DNA of 64,000 nucleotides from Moniliella sp. 'wahieum' (Eukaryota): NCBI GenBank assembly GCA_003971905.1, contig RSEE01000141.1, positions 62,001 to 126,000 of the forward strand, read 5' to 3'. Shown piece by piece: positions 52,763 to 62,015 of this stretch (position 1 is its first letter; each line of letters starts with the position of its first letter). The notes under the pieces were generated by a model. It saw only the letters and a program-made list of their open reading frames with translations, ran no database searches and was not told where the DNA came from. The position numbers and the translations under genes were made by a program.

Positions 52763-53133
52763 TCAAAACACCGACCGCACATCCCCCTCGACAGAATGGA
52801 ACCACTGCCCAACATCCCGTTCGGCCACAGCCCCTGTCGCAGCCGCCGGAGCGCGCTTGTGGAAGACGGAGGAAGCCTTGGACACGTCGCCCTTAACGTC
52901 CGATCCGATCGACTTGAAAAGTCACCGATTCCGCGCTCTTGGCCAGCGGCGGTCGCCTGGGCCGGCGCAGCGTACGCTAATACGGCGTTCAACCGTGTCG
53001 GTAGGTTAGATTCATCCGTCACAGAGAAGCGCGAGCGCCAAGGAGGAAAAAGCAAGGGAAGAGGGGTCAGAGAGAGTCGCAACGTACCGGTCGACGCGCC
53101 AAGGGCGAGGAAGGCGAGGATAGAGAGACGCAT
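52763..53133 (-). CDS. Small secreted two-repeat peptide precursor (Kex2-processed-repeat-like), ~86 aa
   Basis: ATG 53133. Intron 53087-52977 (GTACGT...CTAAC...TAG). Restoring one base in the A4 run at 52917-52920 gives MRLSILAFLALGASTAYA-APAQATAAGQER-GIGDFFKSIGSDVKGDVSKASSVFH-KR-APAAATGAVAER-DVGQWFHSVEGDVRSVF-TGA(52765-52763). Confidence 0.75.
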
Positions 53134-53932
53134 TGTAGTGTTGGGAGTACAACGGGGTAGGGGAGGGAGAGGGACTGGGTGTAAGGGAGATGAAAAGGTG
53201 GAGGTGAGAAGGGAAGAGGAGACGGCAACGCAGAGCGAGTGGAAAGAGGGGAATTATAAGAGCGAAGCTCAACCCTAGCAGGCCCCAGGGCGGTTTCTTG
53301 TTCGCAACGCGTAACGTTCGCTAGAGGAGCCACAGATGGGCCGCTCTGGGTGCTCGCTCGCGTCGGGAGGGCAGGACGGGGGCAGTATGCAGATGGGCCA
53401 GCCACAGCGGCAGGTCTGATAGATCTTGTCGCTGCCGCCCCCTCGGCCTCATGGGTGCATGGGGTAACTATCAGCACATCAGTCAGCCATGCTGTCAGCG
53501 ACGCGAGCGACGCCTCGGTGCTAGAACTGGGGGAGGCGCCCGATGCATGATACCCTTGCCCTGCCCACACAGGATGAGCTGAAGCCGAGCGGTGGGCGGG
53601 CGAGGCGGCGGTGAACCTGGGAGCGAGAGCTGGGGAAACGCAAACGGGCCATGACGCAAATTGCGTCATATTCCGAATATGAAAGTTTCACCTCGGTGCC
53701 TTAGGCCTTACGGACCTTGTGGCGCCAATGCACCACTGCCTCTTGATCTAATGCTGCTTCTTGTTGGTGGCCACTGAGTGCCCGACTTCAAGCCGGGCGG
53801 GGGAAGAAACCATACACTTAACCGCTTTGAAGACCCCCGAGACCCACAGGTGTCCCGTGCAAAGTCACCGGGACTAGTCCCTTGGTCACCTCACAGGCGC
53901 CCTCAGACCACGCTCACTGGTACTAACAGTTG

Positions 53933-53979
53933 AAGGTTGAACTTGAACGTTGAACGTTGAACGTTGAAGCTTGAACCTT
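53933..53979. repeat. 7-nt-period chain of hexameric palindromes
   Basis: AAGGTT g AACTT g AACGTT g AACGTT g AACGTT g AAGCTT g AACCTT. Confidence 0.9.
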
Positions 53980-54261
53980 CTGGCTCCCACTAAGAATACA
54001 TTCATCTCATCGGCAGAGCTGAAGGTAGGAAGTAAGACTGCTCCATGTCCCTGCAGTCTAGGACAAGATTCGGAAGAATCACATACAGGTGTGGCCGACG
54101 AAGACCTGGTGGCTCTCCGAGGTAAGTTTGGACGTTAGGCGCGGGGCACTGGGCCCTGATTTGAGTCGCCAAGGGTGGAGGAGGGAGGTGGAAGGTACAA
54201 AAGATATGCTCAAGCAGATTTTCGTAGTGTGGAAGAGCATCTACAGCGAAATGGAGCAGGG

Positions 54262-54322
54262 GCGAAAGGAAAGGAAAGGAAAGCGGAAAGCGGAAAGCGG
54301 AAAACGGAAAACGGAAAACGGT
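54262..54322. repeat. Compound microsatellite (GGAAA)n-(GCGGAAA)n-(ACGGAAA)n
   Basis: Direct tandem repeat just downstream of the LAS17 stop codon. Confidence 0.85.
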
Positions 54323-54501
54323 TGTTTTGGGAGCAAAGGGCCGGAAACGGGCGTGGGTACAGGAGGAAAGGGGGGGGGAACAAGCTAGACCAAAGGAAAG
54401 GAGAGGAATGGGAACGGAATCCTGAATCCTTGCAAAAAACACAGGCAGGGCACCAGTACCTCGACCTACCAAAGTTGGATAGTTACCTAGCGATGGTACG
54501 C

Positions 54502-56007
54502 TTACCAATCGTCTTCGGAATCCTCATCGTCCGAATCGCCCATTTGACCTTTACGTTGGTTCAACGCCTGAGCCAAAGCGTCTGCCAAGCCGGCCGGGGA
54601 CTCATCTCCGCCTCCGGCAGCTGCGCCAGCGGCCACCCCGACCGCCCCACCCGCCGCAGCACCCGCTGCTACCCCGCCACATTCGGGCCGGGTGTCTTCT
54701 TCAAATCGCGAATGGACTTGCCTTGAATACTGGCCAATAACGCGCTCCGGCCATCTTGCGGCGGCGGCAGGCTGGTCAGTGTGTTGCCGCCACCAGCCGC
54801 GGGTGCCGGGGGAGGCGGAGGGGGAGGCGGCGCACCACCTGCTGGAGGCGGCGGCGGTGGGGGCGGCGGTGCACCCCCCATTGGAGGAGGCGGAGGCGGC
54901 GGCGGGCGCTCCCCCAGTCGGGCTGGAGGCGGACGAGGCGGAGCAGGAGGACGCGAAGCTCCGCCGGCCCGGGACCCGGGTGGAGGTGGCGGTGGCGGTG
55001 TCGGCACCTCGAGAGGCCTTCTTGCTTCCGCCCAGTGGCGGGAGACGGCGAGAGGCAGAGGGTGGGGCAGGCGCAGGTGGAGCTGGTGGCGGCGGAGGCG
55101 CAGATTGAGCAGGTACCGGGGGTGGGGGCGGGGCAGCCGGAGCAGGGGAGGGGGAGGGGGCATCGTCCTCGGGGTACGCGGGGCCGCAGGCGCCGGCGCA
55201 GGCGGCGGAGGAGGGGACGGGGTATGGTACTGCACCGCCGGGACTGAGGTAGAGGCATGGTGGTCATCCGAGTGGTGGGTGCGACCGTGTGGGGCATCAA
55301 AGGGTTGCCCAGTAGCCCCTTCCAGCTGCCCCCCCCACTGTCGTGGGTATGGTTGGCTGAGTTGGTACGGCTGTGGCCGCCCGTAAGGTTCGAAAGCAAC
55401 GATGGTTCCGACCCTCCCTTCTCCCCCGATCCCGAGGAACCGCCAGTCTTGATCACGAGTGCTTCGAGCATGTCGGTGGAAATGTCAGGGTGGCCCGCTG
55501 TGCTATTGGTGTGGGGGCAGAGGCGCCGCGTCCGAACAGTTTCTTGAGCGTACTCCCACCAGACGCCTTGGGTTAGCTGAAAGGGGGTTAGTAGGAGAAT
55601 GGTCAAGTGGGAAGGGGAAAAAAACGTACCATACTTTTGCTTGTTGCCAATCTTTTTCGCCAACACTGCAGCTTCGGCTTCGTCGGCAAAGGCAAGGCCG
55701 ACGAAACACTCGTCGCCCTCGAACGTATGGAAAAAGGTGCGGTCCACATTGTAGACAAAGCCCTCGTACATCTCCTGTTCCCACACCACGCCGCGGGAAC
55801 CCAAGTCGACGAGCTTGAGGTAGAAGGTGGAGCGGTCATAGTCACGCACAAAGGCAACAACGCCCTCCAATCCAGTGAAGTTCCAGGCGGCAGAGGCTTG
55901 GGGCGGGGCAGCGTACAGACGGGCTACCGTGGCAGTCACGATCTGGCGCCATCTGAAGGCACCGCCGCCTTGACGCGGTTCTTTTCGGCAGTGGTAAGGG
56001 TGGGCAT
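54502..56007 (-). CDS. LAS17: WASP/Las17 actin nucleation-promoting factor
   Basis: WH1 domain (IVTATVARLYAA...WEQEMYEGFVY..DRTFFHTFEGDEC.VGLAFADEAEA), polyproline tracts, WH2 (GRSALLASIQGKSIRDLKKT) and acidic end DSDDEDSEDDW*. Intron ~55577-55629. Confidence 0.95.
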
Positions 56008-57143
56008 GGATGGTGGATGCGGGTCCAGAAGGTGAGCGGCAACGCAAGCGCCGCCCTGACTGCTTGCCTGCGGCCTGCTACGCAGCACCGCTCGCCAGCC
56101 CCGCGGGCGCAGGAGAAGGATGACATAAGACAGTGGCCCTGTGCGCCCAGCCCACGCAAACCCACTGCAGCCCTGAATCTACCTATCAGCGCAGCAGCCT
56201 TCGCAGGCCATGGCCGCGCTTGCAATTTCAAGCGCCCCGTCCCCGCTCACACGTCACGTGTCACGCGTCACGTCATCATCGCTCATCGACGTCATCCTCA
56301 TCGGCATTGGTCACACCTCCGTCACTGCATATGCGTTCTCGGCTCACTACCATCCACTATAGCCCCAGGCAAATGGGACAAAGCGACCGAAAAGCAGACC
56401 CATCCATAATCTCACCACCATCTCCAGGTGCCACAAGTCAAAGTCCATGCATCCTACGCTGTTACGCTGTCTTGATGGGAGAAAGGAAGTCACCCCCCCG
56501 CCGGCATCCGCCACTCAGACTGAGGTTTTTGGCAAAACTCAATCGAGAGAGAATGTGTACAGTCGGCGTGCGTGCGTATCGACATTGGGGCTGCTTCAAA
56601 GCAGATCTGGCCAGAGGTTGCATGGCTTTCCACTCTACAAATCATATTGCCAAAGGTACGACCCATCATTTGATGAAGACTTTTTGTAATAGGTGCCATG
56701 TAGGCAAGTAGCTAGACGATGGGGGGGTAAGCTCCCACAGCCAATGTTAAACGTCAAACGTCAACAAACGTTAACGAGGAACCGTTTACAACGTTTAATC
56801 CTTGCCCGGCCCTCCTCCGTAGCGCCACATGCACATCCTGCCATCGAGCCATCCCTCGGTCGGGGTTGGGTGGTAACTCCGGTAACTGTGCCCGTGCCCC
56901 CTGGTGGCTCGTTTGCCAGGGGTCGATGAGCAGGCCGAGCAGGCCATTCGGAGCTTGGCGACACAGTCGTTCGGCTCGTTTGCGCGCACCTCGCTGCGCC
57001 GACGATGAGAATGTTCGTACTATCGTGCTGATAGTAAGTAGCACTGCGGCGGCGTTGCTGCGACTTGCTCCGCATCCCCAGACGATAAGATGATGGATGG
57101 ATCGGTGATGCGGCGTCGCTGGGGTCGGAGTTGGACTGGGATG

Positions 57144-57198
57144 ATCGATGATCGTTGCGCAATGATTAATGACGCGTGATGCGTTACGCGTGACCGGA
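57144..57198. repeat. 7-nt-period chain of mixed hexameric palindromes
   Basis: ATCGAT g ATCGTT g CGCAAT g ATTAAT g ACGCGT g ATGCGT t ACGCGT g ACCGGA. Confidence 0.85.
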
Positions 57199-57744
57199 TT
57201 TCCGGTTAGGGGCTCGGCCTTAGGCTTAGCTCAGCCTCGGGTGTGAGGCCGAGGTACCTGCGTCGGCGTGGGGCCACTAATCGCCCGACAGGAACAGTCG
57301 ATAGCTGCTGGATCGCTTCGTCCGGCACGCCCCACGCGCCGCGCTCGCGCCCAGTCTCGCGCCCTCTTCTGGTGCTCGTTGCGCACGTTGCGCCGGTCGC
57401 GCTCGTCGCCCCTTTCGTCTCTTTTGGGATCTCAGGCCCCGCCATCAACGTACCCTTCTGCTCTTCTGCGCCATCCCAACCCCCCCTACCCGCCCTGCCT
57501 ACTACTGTTGTACTGCCAGATAGCCACAGCACTGAATGTCGTCCCACATCCTCCCATGTCCAGAGCACCTGCCGTCCAACTCCGAAGACAGTACCATAAA
57601 TTCTCCCGCCGCCTCGCTGCCTCCTCTCTTTCTTTGTACCACCACCACCCCTGGCCGGCTGGTCGTTTTCTACATCGGCAACTGCACTTGCCTTGCACTT
57701 GCTCACCAACCCCCCTCTATCCACATCACTATTACACCTGCAAC

Positions 57745-60021
57745 ATGCCCTCCGAGACCGCTTCTTCCCCGCCCCCGCCCTCTGGCCCAGGCGAAGCTCC
57801 TCCGGCCTACGCCCCGCACCGCCGCACTTTCCCCCACATCGCTGCCAGCGACACCACCAAGACCGTCACGCCTGACGAATGTGTTGCTCACTTGCGTCTG
57901 CTCGCTGTCTTTGCCGACTTGCGCGACTCGATTGCCCATGTGGATGGCTTGTTTGGACTGCGGGACGAGGATGTGCTATCTGAGTTTGTGAATGAGGACG
58001 ATCGTAACAAGGCCTCGCGTTGATGCGGGAAAAACGGTGGGCGGTGTATGTGGCGCGAGCGGCCGATCGGTTCGAGCGATTTTGGAGTACCTGCTTGCCG
58101 TCGTCGGGGCCTGTGATCACAGTGGACATTGTCGACTCGCCCCCGGTTTGGCCGATGCCATGAAGAGTACCAGGGCACCATCCGACCCGCCACTGTGGAC
58201 CAAGAACAACTTACCGCCCCTCGACGTGTTGATGGTCTGGCACGCGTTCTGCCTCAATCCAATTACCTATCTCGAAGACTGTCTCCGTACAGCCCACATG
58301 CGGGTATGGAACGTGGGGTTCCCCTGGGCTTTGATTGACGCCTGCATCAACGATTCGCTCGATTACCTCCCTCCCGCCGAGGCCGCTGAGGCTTTCGAAC
58401 AGGCCACTGGCTGTCTCTGGCGCAACCAACAAGATGAGACAGGCAAGAAGATCCAGTGTCCGCGCTGTACACAACAGCAGGAAGTCCCCTGGGCCACCGG
58501 GGGCCGCTTGGCAAGCTCGGAAAGCCGTGGTTCGATGCTACCAAGGGGTTTACCGATACGAACTTTCTTGTTAACTGCGCGTCATGCAGCTATCGCATTA
58601 CGCACGATGATCTGCGGATGGCCAAGTTCCGTACCGATTACAGTCAACTTTCAGTGGCCAATGTTGCCATGCCTGGGACCATTCTCCCGTTTGATGGGCA
58701 TCCGCCGCACGAGCCGTCGATGGTGATGCGACAGTCGTATGGGAGCCACTTTTTGTTGGACGGGGTCCCAATGACGTTGGGAGAAAAGCTCGACTTCAAT
58801 GCCTACCCCCACCTTACCATCAACGACGTGCGGTATGTGCTCGAAAAAGGGTGCGCCTCTCGTGCGACGCTACGTAAGGTAGGAGGCTCCCAACCAGTCA
58901 GGCGGGATGTGGCCATTGCACGGCGCGTCAGCATTCGGTCCATGATGTCGCGGTACTGGGAAAATTCGTCTCCGTTTGGGTTGGACTTGGTGGGGGCCGT
59001 GTTGCGCCAAGGAACGTTTGTCCGCAAGATGGACGAGATTGATTGGTTGCACTCGCCCGCGTTGGACCAAACCATGACGCGTCTGATCGACAAGTACTCA
59101 GTCTTTCTCTTGATCATGAAGAAGTATCCTGGTGACATGGCGGTGCCGACGCTTGACGTCGACTTGGCCTGGCACACGCATCAGCTCGCCCCAGCACGGT
59201 ACTATTGTTACACGGTGCACCATATGCAGCGGATGATCAACCATGACGATAAGGTCGCCTCAGGTCGGTTGAGCGATGCGTTTGAGCTGACGTCGAAGCG
59301 CTATACCAAGTTGACCAATGGTCAGCCCTACTCGGAGTGTACGTGTTGGTACTGCGAAGCGGTCCGGGAAGGCCAGACTAGCCGCGTTTCACCTGCCCTC
59401 TTATTTTCCTCCTCCACCGCCTCGCACGCACGAACCAACTCGGACGCTCTCCATTCCAATCCCAACGTCCACCATGACAATCCCGAACGCAACGCCCACA
59501 TCTCGGCCCACAACGCTGTGCCGACCGAGGGAGATCGTGCGGCGTTGCGCAAAGAAGAAGTACGCCATCGTCGGCTCGTCTCCAAGGCCGAGGCTGCCCA
59601 ACGGCGCTTGCACAAGCGCGGCTTGCTTGTCGCCTCGCCCGACGACGAGAAACGCAGGCGGGGCGAGTCGGAAGCCACCGCGATGGCCTGGGGCATCTAC
59701 CCGATCTACATGCCCTACTACGCCCCTTACTACCCCGACCCATGCATCACCGCCGGCTCAGGATCGGGCATGTACCCGTGCAACCCTGCGTGTGCTGCCA
59801 TGGGCGCCGGAAGTGTGGGCGCATGTGTGGCGGGGGCCTGCGGGGGTGCTGTGGGCGCGGGCGGGTGTGGGACCGGTGCGTGCGGCTCGGTGGGTGGATA
59901 CAGCGCGTGCTCCTCAGCTGGTGGATGTGGGAGCAGTGGCGGCGGTGGATGCGGAGGCGGAGGCGGAGGCGGTGGATGCGGTGGCGGTGGCGGAGGAGGA
60001 GGCGGGTGCGGGGGATGCTGA
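57745..60021 (+). CDS. Glycine-rich domain-containing protein (GRDP/DUF1399), copy 2
   Basis: ECVAHLRLL, RWAVYVARAADRF, LPPLDVLMVWHAFCLNP, DLVGAVLRQGTFVRKM, AVPTLDVDLAWHTHQL, INHDDKV, YSECTCWYCE and AHISAHNAV, ending in a Cys/Gly tail ...GGCGGGGGGGGGCGGC*. Two apparent indels (~58020, ~58500). Confidence 0.9.
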
Positions 60022-60304
60022 ATCGAGCTACCGCTCGCCTGTGGGCATATGCCCAAGTCAGGCGAAGGTACTGTACTTTGCACTGATATGTTTTGTATCC
60101 AGGAAGATGTACAGTATGCTTCGGGAATGGGTGTACCGTGGACATGTCTTAGCTCTCGCAGACGGAACATAGGGATGCACAGGCAGGATTGAAGAGGGGT
60201 GGTGTGTGGTGGTACAACCGCAACGGGCCCAATATAAGGTCAAGCCAATCCACCTTCTTGGTGGTGTATGTGTATGTGTGTCCTTCCGCCGTCCCCCCTT
60301 GTAA

Positions 60305-60385
60305 GGACGGCTGGCGCAATGGTAGCGCGTCTGACTACGACTGGTTGTAATCAGGAGGTTGCAGGTTCGACCCCTGCGTCGTTCG
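60305..60385 (+). tRNA. tRNA-Arg(ACG) with 9-nt intron
   Basis: Acceptor stem GGACGGC/GTCGTTC, D arm GCGC-AATGGTA-GCGC, anticodon arm TCTGA-CT-ACG-A[CTGGTTGTA]A-TCAGG and T arm GCAGG-TTCGACC-CCTGC. Intron 60341-60349. Oligo-T Pol III terminator ~60403-60413. Confidence 0.95.
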
Positions 60386-60769
60386 ACCCGACATGGGCGT
60401 CCTTTCTTTTTTTCTTGCCGTTTTGCTCCATCAAGTCAAGTTCACTAGCTCTGAATTTCTCCTCAAATTGGATGGACGGTAGCTAATTAATGGATACTCT
60501 GAGTGGGATAGGAAGGAGTCCTGACCAGGCCGTGCTAGCCTGTGACCTATGACTGATCCCCTTTATCTTGGCCTTGGTCAAGTCGGCTAGCCCCAGGGCG
60601 TGTGCTGGGAGCTCCGACAGCGTGTCTCTCTTCGGTGCAACACATGTCCGGCGCACGGCCCGGTCCTCATGCATCCCACTCTGCTCTGGTCGATCAGAAA
60701 GAAGGCTTGCCTGACTGCCCACCCACCCATCACTGTTTGTTGGTCGTGCCATCCACCCTCTTTCCCACC

Positions 60770-61295
60770 ATGCCTACCGCCTACAGTACCCCTGACGCAC
60801 CAGCCGCTTTGGGTCCCTACTCCCAGGTCATTGTGCACGAGGCCACTCAGACCGCCTATGTTTCCGGCTGCATTCCGCTCGACCCAAACGGCAAATTGGT
60901 CGAGGTGTGGCGAGGAGATGCTTCGGCGCCTGGAGTGATTGAGAAGCAGACGGAGCAGGTGTTCAAGAACTTGTTTGCTGTGCTTAAGGCCGCTGGGGCA
61001 GAAAAATCGTCGGTGCTAAAGACGACGGTGTTCATCAAGAACATGGAACACTTTAAGCGAATCAATGCTGTATACGAGCAGGTGCGTGCATGGGATATTT
61101 CTCTCCTCGCCTCACCCCGATTGCCTTGCATGCTTAGTACCATCCCTCATACTGACCTGTCATGTTTCCCCATATTAGGCTTTTGAAGGCCACAAGCCTG
61201 CCCGCTCTGCTGTCGAGGTCGCACGTCTTCCTCTCGACGTTAGCATTGAAATTGAGTGTGTTGCTGCGATGGTCAAAGCCCCGGGCAGTGCCTAG
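60770..61295 (+). CDS. RidA/YjgF/UK114 enamine-imine deaminase (Mmf1/Hmf1-like)
   Basis: APAALGPYSQ, YVSGCIPLDP, QTEQVFKNL.AVL.AAG, VLKTTVF and INAVY. Intron 61082-61178, then FEGHKPARSAVEVARLPLDVSIEIECVA. Confidence 0.95.
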
Positions 61296-62015
61296 AGGGA
61301 CATCAGCATCCGGTGCGCATCTTCCCGCTGCCCTCCGCCCCTCGCCTCCTGTACACAGACGTACACCTAGGTGGGGGGTCATCTACCACCGTATCTGCAA
61401 TGCCATAATATTTGGTTTTCTCTTCCTTGCAGTCATTTCGACCGCAGTGGCCAGCACTGATGATGCATCCAGCTCCTATCATTCACTTTCCATTCTGTGT
61501 TCCTGCGTTCCTGTCATCATGCACGTTGAACGGTGCGCCACTGGCTTCTTGGTAGGCACATGTGACAGACAACCACCACAGGGGGGTGTAGCTTTGTCTC
61601 CTCGTTTGGATCTCCCCCCCCAGTTGTCTGCACCTTGCTCTGCGTTGACTTCTACTATCCACCTTGCTTGGTCCCATCTAACTGGGCCCTCGCCCATGTC
61701 GGATGCTTCTGGATTAGGCACTTCCAAACTCCAGGGGGGAAGAGACGAGCCGCAGGGACTAGTGTGATATGGGGCCGGGAGCCAGGGTGGCACGTGACGC
61801 GTGACAGGGCCGGCTGGCGGAACAACGGTCAGAGAGGGAGAGCGGAATGGGACAGGTGAGGCCTGAGGGACAGTGTGCTAGTGTCCGAGTTGGCTGCCGA
61901 GTGCCTCCAAACCAGTCCGGTCACGTCGCGCTTTCCGCCGTGGAGCGCCATTGGCCAGCTACCACCACCACCACCACCATCGCAGCTGCCTGCTCCGAGC
62001 CGCTGCCACCACACC

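Noticed and set aside
52486..52916. 215-aa ORF-track product with a Cys-rich segment (CKPTSRCSSASPYCDPYGCCYAGC) as a cysteine-rich effector
   Set aside because: That reading runs through an obvious intron and ignores the frame that gives a clean internal repeat, KR site and stop. It remains only the alternative if the A4 run proves correct.
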